In this document: positions 29,826 through 39,989 of the stretch, piece by piece | Layout of the letters: every line of letters begins with the position of its first letter | Numbering within the stretch: position 1 is the first letter of the stretch | Virus record (IMG/VR): IMGVR_UViG_2657245570_000016 | DNA from: a virus | Lineage: Duplodnaviria > Heunggongvirae > Uroviricota > Caudoviricetes | Reading direction: 5' to 3' (one strand) | Length of the DNA: 42,242 bases | Program-made: the position numbers and the translations under genes | The notes under the pieces: model-generated | Databases searched by the model: none | What the model saw: only the letters and a program-made list of their open reading frames with translations | What the model was told of the DNA's origin: nothing

Positions 29826-30278
29826 ATGGAATTCGAAATTAAAGGCGTGAAATATCGCACGGCAAAACTCAGCGTTTTTGACCAGCTGAAAGTGACCCGC
29901 AAACTTCTGCCGGTGCTGGCAGGAATGATGTCAGATTTCGGGAGTATTCGCTCCCGTTTGCCTGCTGACGGCAAAATCGACACCGTGAAATTCGAACAGT
30001 TAAAACCGGTGTTTGAAACCATGCTCCCGCGTATCGCTGAGGAACTGTCTTCCCTGACCGAAGATGACACCGATGCGATTATTCATCCCTGTCTTGCGGT
30101 GGTATCGCGGCGTCATATGGACGGATGGGTGCCGGTATTTACCCAGGGCGAACTGATGTTTGATGATATTGACTTGCTGGTCATGCTGCAGCTGGTGGCG
30201 CGGGTGGTCGCCGATTCGCTGGGAAATTTTTTGCCTACACCCCTTACCAGCACGACGCAGAGCCTGCAACAGGGCTGA
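29826..30278 (+). CDS. Tail assembly chaperone (G-like)
   Basis: 150 aa just upstream of the tape measure; contains a TTTTTTG slippery heptamer near its 3' end with an open -1 frame extending to the tape measure start. Confidence 0.55.
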   Translation: MEFEIKGVKYRTAKLSVFDQLKVTRKLLPVLAGMMSDFGSIRSRLPADGKIDTVKFEQLKPVFETMLPRIAEELSSLTEDDTDAIIHPCLAVVSRRHMDGWVPVFTQGELMFDDIDLLVMLQLVARVVADSLGNFLPTPLTSTTQSLQQG

Positions 30279-30466
30279 CGTTTAACAGCCTGCCGGACGG
30301 GCTGTCCTACCTTCTCAATCCGGTTGACGCCGGGTTAATTCCTTATACAGCACTTAAAGATGGCTCTGTCGATTTGTATGACATTGCTCTCTTGAATGAC
30401 CATCTGGCGGTAAAAGCGGATAACCAGCGACGCATTGAGAAATGGAGAGAGGATAATGAACGCTGA
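30227..30466 (+). CDS. Predicted -1 frameshift extension of the tail assembly chaperone (GT-like product)
   Basis: Heptamer T TTT TTG at 30227-30233 in the zero frame; the -1 frame is open for 79 codons to a TGA at 30464-30466 (checked codon by codon). Confidence 0.45.
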   Translation, partial: FFAYTPYQHDAEPATGLTFNSLPDGLSYLLNPVDAGLIPYTALKDGSVDLYDIALLNDHLAVKADNQRRIEKWREDNER

Positions 30467-32441
30467 AACTATTAAAGATTTCCTCGTCTCGCTTGGCTTC
30501 CGTGTGGATGATGCAGGAGCGAAAAAGTTCGGTTCTGTCCTCGCCGGTACAACTGCAAATGTCATCAAAATGGGGCTGGCTGTTGAAGGGGCTGCGCTGT
30601 CCGTGGTGGCCTTCACGGCTAAGATCGCCTCCGGCCTGGATAATCTTTACTGGGCGTCACAGCGCACCGGCGCGACGGTCCAGGGAATTCAGTCTATTGG
30701 CTATGCGGTTTCGCAGGTTGGCGGCAGTGTGGACGCTGCGCGATCTTCTCTGGAAAGCCTCTCCCGGTTTATTCGTAACAATCCCGGAGCAGAAGGCTTT
30801 CTGAATCGCCTGGGCGTACAGACCCGTGATGCCAGCGGTAACATGCGTGACATGGCTGCTATCTTTACGGGCGTTGGACAGAAACTCAGCAGCATGCCGT
30901 ATTACCGGGCTAACCAGTATGCGCAGATGCTGGGCATTGACGAAAATACCCTGATGGCTATGCGTCGCGGAGTGGGGCAGTTCAGCGCTCAGTATTCAGA
31001 AATGGTGAAAGCGATCGGATTTAATGCCGATCAGGCTGCCTTATCGTCAAACCGGTTTATGACCTCGCTGAAATCGCTCGGTGAAATGGCCAGGATGGCG
31101 CGGGACAAAATCGGATCGAATCTTGCGGACGGACTGGCGGGGCAGATTGATAACCTGCGCAAAAAGATAATTGAAAATTTTCCCAAAATTGAAGTCACCA
31201 TCACAAAGGTCATAAAGGGGATCCTCTGGCTGGGTGAGATAGTCGGGCGGGTAGCATTTCGGATAGTCGATGGTGTCGGAGATATCATCGAGTGGTGGGG
31301 GAAACTGGATGCCGAAACGAAAACCCTGATAGAGGTTATCGGCGGTCTGGTTGTCGCCATGCGGATACTTAACTCTACTTTCTGGATGTCACCTATAGGG
31401 CTGATTACCGGTCTGATCGTGGCTCTCGGTCTCTTGTGGGAAGACTACAAAACATGGAAAGAAGGCGGTAACAGTCTTATCGACTGGGAAAAATGGCAAC
31501 CGGCAATAGATAAAGCGAAGGATGCGATCACCTGGCTTCGTGATCACCTTCTGGAACTAAAAGATGGTGTTGGCGGCTGGCAAAATGCACTGGAAATCCT
31601 TGGTACATTCATCGCGGGTGTCTGGGTATCCAGGGTTCTGGGGGCTTTCGGGAAAATATCAGGTTTGCCGGTCCCGCCGTGGTTAAAAGGCTGGATGGCT
31701 TATGCTGCGTATTTGTACTCTGATCGCGAAAATATTGGTGCCAGTGCGAAGTCATCCTGGGATTACACGAAACAAAATATTGGAGATTCATTGCGCTGGC
31801 TTGGCATTGATACCGATTTTGGTCGTAATCCTCATACCGTAAAAGGCGCAAATATTCAGTCAGATATTCCAGGTGCTGAGCCGGAACAATATGCACAGGC
31901 TACGAAACGAGGAGAACGGAATAACAATCCGGGAAACCTTAATTTTGCTGGTCAGGCAGGGGCTTCTCTTGAACGCCCGGGCGGGCGATTTGCCAGATTT
32001 GAAACTGCCTTTGATGGATTACGGGCTCTTGCTCGTCAGTTAATGCTGTACGCCGGACGGGGAATAAACAGTGTGGAGAAAATTATCTCTACCTGGGCAC
32101 CTGCGTCTGATAATAACAACACAACAGCGTATATCAGGGCTGTATCGCAACGACTGGGAGTGGATCCCCGGGCTGCCCTGAATATGAGCGATCCGCAAAC
32201 CATGTCAGCATTGATGAGCAGCATTATCCAGCATGAGAATGGAAGAAATATCTATTCTCGAGAGCTGATTAATAAGGCTGCCGTGGCGGGAATTAGTGGC
32301 AAAGTGACAGAGGTTAACCAGCAAAATACCTACCACATTTACGGTGGCGGAGATCCGCACGCTGTCGGTAATGAGGTTGCACGTCGGCAACAGTCTGCAA
32401 ATGCTCAGGTCATGCGAAGTAATCAGGTGAGGGTGGGTTAG
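30456..32441 (+). CDS. Tail tape measure protein
   Basis: Long alpha-helical, partly hydrophobic protein after the chaperone. ATG at 30456 has a GGAGAGAGG Shine-Dalgarno; the ORF-track start at 30435 is a TTG. Confidence 0.7.
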   Translation: MNAETIKDFLVSLGFRVDDAGAKKFGSVLAGTTANVIKMGLAVEGAALSVVAFTAKIASGLDNLYWASQRTGATVQGIQSIGYAVSQVGGSVDAARSSLESLSRFIRNNPGAEGFLNRLGVQTRDASGNMRDMAAIFTGVGQKLSSMPYYRANQYAQMLGIDENTLMAMRRGVGQFSAQYSEMVKAIGFNADQAALSSNRFMTSLKSLGEMARMARDKIGSNLADGLAGQIDNLRKKIIENFPKIEVTITKVIKGILWLGEIVGRVAFRIVDGVGDIIEWWGKLDAETKTLIEVIGGLVVAMRILNSTFWMSPIGLITGLIVALGLLWEDYKTWKEGGNSLIDWEKWQPAIDKAKDAITWLRDHLLELKDGVGGWQNALEILGTFIAGVWVSRVLGAFGKISGLPVPPWLKGWMAYAAYLYSDRENIGASAKSSWDYTKQNIGDSLRWLGIDTDFGRNPHTVKGANIQSDIPGAEPEQYAQATKRGERNNNPGNLNFAGQAGASLERPGGRFARFETAFDGLRALARQLMLYAGRGINSVEKIISTWAPASDNNNTTAYIRAVSQRLGVDPRAALNMSDPQTMSALMSSIIQHENGRNIYSRELINKAAVAGISGKVTEVNQQNTYHIYGGGDPHAVGNEVARRQQSANAQVMRSNQVRVG

Positions 32442-33028
32442 TGGATATTCTCTCTACACTTTTTCATCAGCAGAGCAGAAAAATAGGAATGATTGTTCCC
32501 AGTGTTGTTATTTCAGAGAAGCATACAGATATGCTTGAAATAACAGAGCATCCGGTAGAGGTCGGGGCCGCTGTCGCTGATCATGCCTATAAAAAACCGT
32601 CAGAAGTGGTGATGGAGGTTGGTTTCGCCGGTGGCGGCGCATTGCTGGATTTTGCCAGTAACCTGACGGCTACCAGCCTGCTCGGCCTGAGTCCTCAGCA
32701 GACGTATCAGGAGCTACTGGGTCTGCAGGAAAGCCGTATCCCCTTCGATGTGGTAACCGGTAAACGGCTGTACAGCAACATGTTGATCCGGGCGCTGGAA
32801 GTGACGACGGACAAGACAACCGAAAACGTCCTGTCCGCCGTCCTCACCCTGAGGGAGGTCATTATCTCCCGGACACAGCAGATTACCGTCGCGGATAAAA
32901 CCAACATGAAGGAAGGGGCCAGCACGTCGGCGGTACAGAACAGCGGCAACAAAACCACAAAGCCTCCAGATACTTCACTGCTGAAAAGCATCACGGGTAA
33001 CGTGGCGTCATTACTGGGGGGCGGCTAA
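32441..33028 (+). CDS. Tail/baseplate protein
   Basis: 195 aa, coupled ORF after the tape measure. Confidence 0.4.
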   Translation: MDILSTLFHQQSRKIGMIVPSVVISEKHTDMLEITEHPVEVGAAVADHAYKKPSEVVMEVGFAGGGALLDFASNLTATSLLGLSPQQTYQELLGLQESRIPFDVVTGKRLYSNMLIRALEVTTDKTTENVLSAVLTLREVIISRTQQITVADKTNMKEGASTSAVQNSGNKTTKPPDTSLLKSITGNVASLLGGG

Positions 33029-33330
33029 TGACAATTCAGGAAATTCCGCTGACAGCGGACAACCAGCAGTTCAGCATCGTCCTGGGTGGTGTCACCTGGC
33101 GGATTAGCATCATATGGCGCGATCTGTACTGGATTATGGACCTGCAGAACGACAGAGGGGAGCCGGTAATCTCCGGTATTCCTCTCGTCACTGGTGCTGA
33201 CCTGCTGGCGCAGTACGCCTGTATGGGGCTTGGTTTTAAGCTGGTGGTGGTCTGTGATGACAACACACAGGATTACCCCACAAAAACTGACCTGGGCGGT
33301 CGCAGCCATTTACTGGTATCAACGGAGTAA
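33028..33330 (+). CDS. Tail/baseplate protein
   Basis: 100 aa, coupled ORF. Confidence 0.4.
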   Translation: MTIQEIPLTADNQQFSIVLGGVTWRISIIWRDLYWIMDLQNDRGEPVISGIPLVTGADLLAQYACMGLGFKLVVVCDDNTQDYPTKTDLGGRSHLLVSTE

Positions 33331-33332
33331 GC

Positions 33333-34397
33333 ATGTCACAGAACTGGATGAGACATTTCGAGCTGCAGCTTGTGGACGGGAACGGTCAGGGAATTGAGCT
33401 AAGTGATTTCAAAGTCACCTTTACGATCGACTGGTTCAACATCAGCAGCGCGTCCCGGGTAGGGACTATCAAAATTTATAACCTCTCGGCAGATACTGTG
33501 AACCGAATTACCGGGCAGGAGTTTTCGAAAGTGCGTCTGATTGCCGGTTACGACGGTATCGCGCCGGAGGTGTCAGCAAGCGACGTAGGGACCGTGCGGG
33601 AAGTTGACGCGGCGGACGTGGGCCAGAGAGATGGCCGCAACTACGGACTGATTTTCAGCGGTGAAATTCGCTACTCGGTCACAGGAAAAGACAGTCCGGT
33701 TGATACCTACGTCCTGATTCAGGCAGCAGATACTGATCTGGCTTTTGCTACCAGTATAACCTCACAGACGCTGGCTGCCGGTTACACGGTCGCTGATGTG
33801 AACCGTGCGCTGATGAAAGACTTCGAAGCCAAAGGCGCGACCGAAGGCCTGACGCCTGAAATGCCTGCTACTGTATTCCCCCGGGGGCGGGTACTCTTTG
33901 GCATGACGCGGCATCTAATGGATAACGTAGCCGGACAATGTGGCGCAACATGGCAATTCGTGGACGGTCAGCGCCAGATGGTGGTGAATAACGAATATGT
34001 TCACGAAGCGATTGTGCTCAACAGCGCTACCGGGCTTATTGGAATGCCGCAGCAGACTATCGGTAACGGCGTAAACGTCCGCGCGCTTATTAATCCGAAC
34101 ATCCGGGTTAACGGGCTCATTCAGCTGGATCAGGCTTCCGTCTATCGTACCGCGTTGTCGAACAACGATATTGCGATGGCTGGTGGTCAGATCACCGACC
34201 AGAACACGGACGGAAATATCACGCTCAGCGGCACCACATCGCAGCCTGCCAGCATCGCAACGGATGGCGTTTATATTGTGCGCGGGATTATGTACACTGG
34301 CGACACAAGGGGCCAGGCGTGGTACATGGATATGATGTGTGAAGCGCGTGGCGCGGCGGATCTTGTTTCCTCATCAGCGAGGGAAAGAGGGCTTTAA
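33333..34397 (+). CDS. Putative baseplate hub / late control D-like protein
   Basis: 354 aa between tape measure-proximal genes and the spike gene. Confidence 0.4.
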   Translation: MSQNWMRHFELQLVDGNGQGIELSDFKVTFTIDWFNISSASRVGTIKIYNLSADTVNRITGQEFSKVRLIAGYDGIAPEVSASDVGTVREVDAADVGQRDGRNYGLIFSGEIRYSVTGKDSPVDTYVLIQAADTDLAFATSITSQTLAAGYTVADVNRALMKDFEAKGATEGLTPEMPATVFPRGRVLFGMTRHLMDNVAGQCGATWQFVDGQRQMVVNNEYVHEAIVLNSATGLIGMPQQTIGNGVNVRALINPNIRVNGLIQLDQASVYRTALSNNDIAMAGGQITDQNTDGNITLSGTTSQPASIATDGVYIVRGIMYTGDTRGQAWYMDMMCEARGAADLVSSSARERGL

Positions 34398-34732
34398 TGA
34401 AACGGTTATGTTTGGCGTTAGTTATGATGGTTACTGCTCCGGCGATGGCTGCAATTCAGTGCGGCAACTACACGATGACCGGTGACGGAATGACTGTTAT
34501 TAACGGTGAAACTGTCACATCACAGAAGATAAAATTTCTGGGAAAAGATGGTGACTATTCAAACATGAAAATGGACATGGGCCTGATGCCTTCCCGTGAT
34601 GGTAACAATTACGGCTTTGAGTTTGTGAAACGTAACGGAAAAGCTTTCCTGAACGTCCAGCTGCTGCAGAACAGCATGGACGCGCCGAAAATCATTGGAT
34701 CTTTCCCGTGTAAAAAAGTGAGCAGCAAGTGA
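34397..34732 (+). CDS. Secreted small protein (signal peptide), moron-like
   Basis: N-terminal signal peptide MKRLCLALVMMVTAPAMA|A; lower GC than flanking tail genes; TAATG overlap with the upstream gene. Confidence 0.5.
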   Translation: MKRLCLALVMMVTAPAMAAIQCGNYTMTGDGMTVINGETVTSQKIKFLGKDGDYSNMKMDMGLMPSRDGNNYGFEFVKRNGKAFLNVQLLQNSMDAPKIIGSFPCKKVSSK

Positions 34733-35241
34733 CAGTTGATGATGATCCTTTGAATTCATTTCAAGACCCTGACTTTCAGGAACTTCTCGGCGGAATTGAT
34801 ATTACTCTTGTTATAAGGTTTTTTAATTATTTTTCGCGTTTCGAATATGCGTTAAAAAGAATTAATTTCAAAAAAACTGATCGTAGAAATTATCTAATCG
34901 GTGCTGACTGGAGCCGCTACGCTACTGATGATACGCGGCCTTTATATCCTACTGGAAATAGAAATGTCGATAGGGCAGTTGAGTATCTATGTCAGCAACC
35001 TGTGAAGCAGCAGAGGCATGATTTTTCGTGGGAGGATAAACCTCCAATCGAACCTCATTCTCTTGCTGAAGCATTAAAGCAGATCCCGTATATAAGAAAT
35101 AATCTCTTTCACGGCGGGAAGTATTTACGTCCCGCCCCCGTTCGTGATGAAAAGTTATTGAAATACTCTATTTATTTGATGCAGTTGTGTTTGATAACTG
35201 ATAATCAGCTTTCTGAATACTTTAATACTATCCACCGATAG
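34729..35241 (+). CDS. Hypothetical AT-rich protein with an Rx4H (HEPN-like) motif, moron-like
   Basis: Strongly AT-rich; GTG start overlapping the previous stop; contains IRNNLFHGGKY; followed by a terminator. Confidence 0.45.
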   Translation: MTVDDDPLNSFQDPDFQELLGGIDITLVIRFFNYFSRFEYALKRINFKKTDRRNYLIGADWSRYATDDTRPLYPTGNRNVDRAVEYLCQQPVKQQRHDFSWEDKPPIEPHSLAEALKQIPYIRNNLFHGGKYLRPAPVRDEKLLKYSIYLMQLCLITDNQLSEYFNTIHR

Positions 35242-35261
35242 TCATTCTTCATGAGATAAAA

Positions 35262-35290
35262 CCTGCCACCCGGCGGGTTTTTTGCTTTTT
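35262..35290 (+). terminator. Rho-independent terminator after the tail-module moron cassette
   Basis: CCTGCC-ACCC-GGCGGG (6-bp stem with one G-U pair) followed by TTTTTTTGCTTTTT. Confidence 0.6.
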
Positions 35291-35301
35291 GGAGCCTACC
35301 A

Positions 35302-36054
35302 ATGGCAGTAACTGACCAGACCCGCAGTGGCGATCTTGCCGAAACATTTAAATCTGAACGGGAAACAACAAAGAACCAGATCCGTGTCGCCTTGCCTGGC
35401 ATTATTCAGTCATTCGATCCTGACGCGGTGACGGCGGTTGTGCAGCCAGCTATCCGGTCAGTTGAAAAGGATAACGACGGTAACCGCATTACCAAAAATT
35501 ACCCATTGCTGGTGGATGTGCCAGTGGTATTCCCGCGCGGCGGAGGCTGTACGTTGACTTTTCCGGTAAAAGCTGGGGATGAGTGTCTTGTCGTTTTTGC
35601 CGATCGTTGTATTGATTTCTGGTGGCAGAGCGGCGGGATACAGGAGACGGTTGATGACAGAATGCATGATTTATCGGATGCGTTTTGTATTGTCGGTCCC
35701 CAGTCGCAGGCTAGGAAGATTAGCGGTATTAATACCAGTGCCACACAGTTGCGTAGTGACGACGGCAGCACCTATTTTGAGCTTAATCCTGATACCAGGA
35801 AAATTAAAATTGTCGCTCCGGGGGGGCTTGATGTGGTTGCCCCCCTGGCTGATTTTTCTGAGAAAGTAACCATTCATGGCCTGTTAACCTGGATGGGGGG
35901 CATGGTGGGGTCTGTGGTTTCTGGTGTGGCTTCAAAAATCACTGGTGCTGTTGAGTTTTTGGGGAGCGTGAAGGCTAACGGCAAGCCAATCGATGATACG
36001 CACACTCATGGTGGTGTTCAGCGCGGTGGAAGCAGTACCGACGGGGTAAACTGA
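35302..36054 (+). CDS. Baseplate spike / assembly protein V-like
   Basis: 250 aa; N-terminal OB-fold-like region; C-terminal THTHGG motif as seen at spike tips of V-type proteins. Confidence 0.5.
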   Translation: MAVTDQTRSGDLAETFKSERETTKNQIRVALPGIIQSFDPDAVTAVVQPAIRSVEKDNDGNRITKNYPLLVDVPVVFPRGGGCTLTFPVKAGDECLVVFADRCIDFWWQSGGIQETVDDRMHDLSDAFCIVGPQSQARKISGINTSATQLRSDDGSTYFELNPDTRKIKIVAPGGLDVVAPLADFSEKVTIHGLLTWMGGMVGSVVSGVASKITGAVEFLGSVKANGKPIDDTHTHGGVQRGGSSTDGVN

Positions 36055-36407
36055 TGCGATACAGACGTGAAGACGCCGATGGCGATTACACCTTTGGCAG
36101 CGGTGATGACACCTGGCTGATTAACTCACCGGAGGCCGTGGCGCAGGCGGTAAAAACGCGATTCGAATTGTGGTATGGGCAATGGTTTCTCGACACCACC
36201 GAGGGGACTCCGTGGATCCAGTCCGTACTCGGTAAGCAGAAGCCGGAAACCTACAACCTGGCGATCCGTAAGCGCATCCTCGAAACGCAGGGCGTTAAAT
36301 CAATCCTCTCTTTCAATACGACGCTGGATACCACGACCCGACGTGTCATGTTTTCCGCTGAAATCGACACTCTTTATGGAATAACGACTGTTACATCGGA
36401 GGCGTAA
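36054..36407 (+). CDS. Baseplate wedge protein (W/gp25-like)
   Basis: 117 aa between the spike and the J-like gene. Confidence 0.45.
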   Translation: MRYRREDADGDYTFGSGDDTWLINSPEAVAQAVKTRFELWYGQWFLDTTEGTPWIQSVLGKQKPETYNLAIRKRILETQGVKSILSFNTTLDTTTRRVMFSAEIDTLYGITTVTSEA

Positions 36408-37606
36408 TGGCTCTGAACCTTGATTCTCTCGGTTTATCTGCAAAGGTAACCGCGGAGGGGATCAGTGCGCCTGATTATCAGACGATACTCAGCACCCTGA
36501 TTAGCTATTTTCAGCAGATTTATGGCAGTGATGCCTACCTCGAACCGGACAGCAAAGACGGCCAGATGGTGGCTCTGATGGCGCTGGCGATTCATGATGC
36601 CAATAATACTGCGATAACTGTCTACAACTGTTTTTCACCGGCAACCGGCTATGGGGCTGCACTGACCTGTAACGTGAAAATAAATGGTATTTCACGTAAA
36701 GGCGCGACGAACTCTACGGTTGATTTGCTTCTTACAGGAACTGCCGGAACAACCATCATTAATGGCAGCGTGAAAGACAGTAATAATGTGATATGGCGTT
36801 TGCCTGCTTCAGTGGTGGTAGGCGTGGATGGTACAGTGATGGTGACCGCAACATGTTCCGTCAGTGGTGCAGTGGCGGCGCTGGCTGGAACTATCACTGA
36901 AATTAATACGCCAACCCGTGGCTGGGTTTCGGTAACCAATCCTGCTGCAGCCACTGTGGGCACTCCGGCAGAAACTGACGCTGAGTTACGTATCCGCCAG
37001 TCGCAAAGTGTTGCGTTGCCATCAATAACCCCATTTGAAGCACTGGATGGTGCTGTTTCTAATGTTACCGGTGTAACCCGCCACAAACTCTATGAAAACG
37101 ATACTGGTTCGGAGGACGGTAACGGGTTACCGCCACACTCTGTTGCTGTAATTGTGGATGGCGGTGATGTAACGGATATTGCTCAGGCTATCAGAGGGAA
37201 TAAAGGCCAGGGGACAGCCACTCACGGTACAACATCCGTTACGGTTCCGGATAAATACGGCAATCCCCATGTAATCAAATTCTCGCGTTCCAGTGATGTG
37301 CCTGTTTATGCCCTGATTAAATTAAAAGTTTTTACGGGTTATACCTCACAGATAGGGCAGCAGATCCAGCAGGCTATTTCCGACTATATCAATAGTCTGA
37401 TGATTGGTGATTCGGTCCTTTTAAGTCGCATTTACTCACCGGCGAATCTTGGCGTGGTGAGTGGCGGGAATGCACGCTATTACGATATTCAGGAACTGAC
37501 GATTGGGAAATCCCCGGGGGCTTTGTCGTCATCAAACATTGATATCAGATACAACGAATCTGCGTCCTGTACCCCGAAAAATATCGTTATAACGGTGGAG
37601 TCATGA
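36407..37606 (+). CDS. Baseplate J-like protein
   Basis: 399 aa in the canonical position. Confidence 0.6.
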   Translation: MALNLDSLGLSAKVTAEGISAPDYQTILSTLISYFQQIYGSDAYLEPDSKDGQMVALMALAIHDANNTAITVYNCFSPATGYGAALTCNVKINGISRKGATNSTVDLLLTGTAGTTIINGSVKDSNNVIWRLPASVVVGVDGTVMVTATCSVSGAVAALAGTITEINTPTRGWVSVTNPAAATVGTPAETDAELRIRQSQSVALPSITPFEALDGAVSNVTGVTRHKLYENDTGSEDGNGLPPHSVAVIVDGGDVTDIAQAIRGNKGQGTATHGTTSVTVPDKYGNPHVIKFSRSSDVPVYALIKLKVFTGYTSQIGQQIQQAISDYINSLMIGDSVLLSRIYSPANLGVVSGGNARYYDIQELTIGKSPGALSSSNIDIRYNESASCTPKNIVITVES

Positions 37607-38283
37607 GCAAATACACCGAACTAATCACGAACTACCACGCCACCAAACCTAAATTTCTTGCGCATGTTGATCTGATGACCCGGCCACTTATTGATGTTGC
37701 GGCTGCCACCAGAGGGCTGATTAGTGCATTTGATATTGACTCTGCGGTTGGTGTGCAACTTGACATCCTTGGATTGTGGATCGGACGTAGCCGTGTTGTC
37801 AGCCAGCCTATCTCAGGTGTCTATTTCAGCTGGGATACCGACGGGCTTGGATATGATCAGGGGGTATGGCAGGGACCATACGATCCTGATTCAGGATACA
37901 TGTATCTCAGCGATGAAACTTATCGTGTCATTCTTAAAGCGAAGATTGCGATTAATAACTGGGACGGACGGAATGATTCGCTTCCGGCAATTCTTGACGC
38001 GGCAACAGCAGGATCCGGGCTGCGAATGCAGATAGTCGATAACCAGGACATGACGATATCGGTCTGGGTCTTTCCTGATACTGATATTTCAGATGTATCG
38101 CGTGAGTTAATTGCGGCAATTAAACAGGGGTATCTCACAGTAAAAGCCGCCGGGGTATGGGCGGGTGGCATTGAAACACCTTCGGTGGAAACCCCATCGG
38201 AAGGCTCAAAATTTTTTGGTTTTGATATGGATAACGAATTCATCAGTGGTTTTGATGTAGGAGCATGGGGAGTATTACTCTGA
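37603..38283 (+). CDS. Baseplate/tail protein (I-like)
   Basis: 226 aa between J-like and tail fibre genes. Confidence 0.45.
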   Translation: MSKYTELITNYHATKPKFLAHVDLMTRPLIDVAAATRGLISAFDIDSAVGVQLDILGLWIGRSRVVSQPISGVYFSWDTDGLGYDQGVWQGPYDPDSGYMYLSDETYRVILKAKIAINNWDGRNDSLPAILDAATAGSGLRMQIVDNQDMTISVWVFPDTDISDVSRELIAAIKQGYLTVKAAGVWAGGIETPSVETPSEGSKFFGFDMDNEFISGFDVGAWGVLL

Positions 38284-38978
38284 TGGCGAAAAATGACTTT
38301 AAAGCGTTTGCAACGGATCGAAATGCCAATGTTATATCGCAGGAGGAATGGGAAGCGTTGCCCGCGCTTTTATCTGGATTTACAGCAGGGAAAGCCTCCA
38401 GTGCGCAAGTCAATAAGGTTATTCGGCAGGCCAGCTTTATTGCTGCAGCTCTGGCCCAGTTTGTAAGTGATAAAACGCAACGGGATGTGCTTGATAATGG
38501 TGATCTGCCCGGTTTTGTTGAATTGCTGGGATCGGGGTTTGCTGTTGAATACCTGAGCCGCAAGAATCCGTTTGGCGATATCAAATCGGACGGCACGGTG
38601 AAAACAGCTCTCGAAAACCTTGGTTTGGGAGAAGCGGCAAAACGGAATGTGGGCACAGGAGATAATCAGATACCGGATATGGGAGCATTCGCTTCTGGTT
38701 CGGGATGGTTCAGGCTACCAGGTGGATATATTGTTCAGTTTGGCACTTTTTCAGGAAACACGACCCGCTTTATCAGTGGACACTTCCCTATACCATTCCC
38801 TAATCAGCCGATGATTTCAGTCAGTGTTATGTCTGATGCCGTTCAGTCAGACCCGTCGAATCCTGCCCCGCAGGTTTTGTCTGTAAATTTTGAACATATC
38901 AGTAATTCAGCGTGGCGTGTGGCAACCAGTGATATCTCACAGCAATACAGATTCAGTTATATTTCGATAGGACGGTAG
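38265..38978 (+). CDS. Tail fibre protein (constant part plus currently expressed variable C-terminus)
   Basis: Contains the left inversion site at 38611-38634 inside the coding sequence; followed by a tail fibre assembly gene. Alternative ATG at 38283. Confidence 0.6.
   Translation: MGSITLMAKNDFKAFATDRNANVISQEEWEALPALLSGFTAGKASSAQVNKVIRQASFIAAALAQFVSDKTQRDVLDNGDLPGFVELLGSGFAVEYLSRKNPFGDIKSDGTVKTALENLGLGEAAKRNVGTGDNQIPDMGAFASGSGWFRLPGGYIVQFGTFSGNTTRFISGHFPIPFPNQPMISVSVMSDAVQSDPSNPAPQVLSVNFEHISNSAWRVATSDISQQYRFSYISIGR
38611..38634. repeat. Invertase recombination site, left (hix/gix-like)
   Basis: TCGAAAACCTTGGTTTGGGAGAAG; its left half resembles the hix half-site as I recall it; matches the reverse complement of 40429-40452 at 21 of 24 positions. 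Confidence 0.6.
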
Positions 38979-38980
38979 AA

Positions 38981-39421
38981 ATGCAGAAATATATTTTCAG
39001 TGCCGATAAAAATGCGTTTTTCCCTGTGGAGCTTAAAATCGCTTATCAGGAATCCGGCGAATGGCCCGATGATGGAATCGAAATTGACGACACTGTTGCT
39101 GCCGAATTTATGAAGGAAGCACCAGAAGGAAAATACAGAGGTGTCATCGACGGAATGCCTGCATGGATTGATATTCCACCGCCAACTCATGAGGAACAAA
39201 TTGCCGCAGCCGAACTGAAAAAGCAGCAATTGATTAATCAGGTCAACGAATACATAAACAGTAAGCAATGGCCTGGTAAAGCGGCGATTGGTCGCCTGAA
39301 AGGTGAGGAACTGGTGCAATATAATTTGTGGCTGGATTATCTGGACGCACTGGAACTGGTCGATACTTCCGGTGCGCCAGATATTGAATGGCCTACGCCT
39401 CCGGCAGTTCAGGCCAGATGA
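38981..39421 (+). CDS. Tail fibre assembly protein (Tfa/U-like)
   Basis: 146 aa; conserved C-terminal ELVDTSGAPDIEWPTPP, mirrored by the opposite-strand paralogue (DTSTAPDVIWPELP). Confidence 0.7.
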   Translation: MQKYIFSADKNAFFPVELKIAYQESGEWPDDGIEIDDTVAAEFMKEAPEGKYRGVIDGMPAWIDIPPPTHEEQIAAAELKKQQLINQVNEYINSKQWPGKAAIGRLKGEELVQYNLWLDYLDALELVDTSGAPDIEWPTPPAVQAR

Positions 39422-39989
39422 CATCCGGCGCGGTGCTGGTATCTGTTGCCGTCACCGCGTCAATGTAATCCAGCACAGCGTTAAGCCGGGTTGTTTCTGC
39501 CTGCGTCAGTTTCCGCCCGGCTTGTAATTTCAGCTGAATCAGACTAATGGAAGCCATTGCTGCATCAATCAGTGACTGGCGCTGTGCTTCTGACGCGTCT
39601 ACTGCGGCGCTATGCTGTGCCTCGGTATCCGTCACCCATTTCTCACCATCCCATTTATCGTATGGCATTAACGGTGAAAGCGTGACATAACCATCTTTGA
39701 TGGCACCGATATAATCCACTGTAACAGCTGCGCCATTTTCGATTGAGTAAACAGTCTCATTGCGATGGTCCTCTTCATGGCTCCATCCCTTACCTGTAAA
39801 TACAGCCACTTTTCCCGGAATGTTTTCGCCAGGGTTAATTCCAGTGGAACAGGCGGGCATACTTACGCCAGTATTAATATATTCATCAGACCAGCCCGTA
39901 TACTCAGATGTTTCAGCATCATAATAAAAACAACGCATATCGCCCGGCACTGTAGCCAGTCCATTTTCATCAAAAATTGGGGTCATCAT
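39393..39989 (-). CDS. Alternative tail fibre assembly protein (Tfa') inside the invertible segment
   Basis: 198 aa on the opposite strand with a Tfa-like C-terminus; convergent and overlapping with tfa. Confidence 0.65.
   Translation of the reverse strand: MMTPIFDENGLATVPGDMRCFYYDAETSEYTGWSDEYINTGVSMPACSTGINPGENIPGKVAVFTGKGWSHEEDHRNETVYSIENGAAVTVDYIGAIKDGYVTLSPLMPYDKWDGEKWVTDTEAQHSAAVDASEAQRQSLIDAAMASISLIQLKLQAGRKLTQAETTRLNAVLDYIDAVTATDTSTAPDVIWPELPEA

Noticed and set aside
31609-32390. Minus-strand ORFs inside the tape measure gene
   Set aside because: Antisense to a 660-aa ORF with clear function and context.
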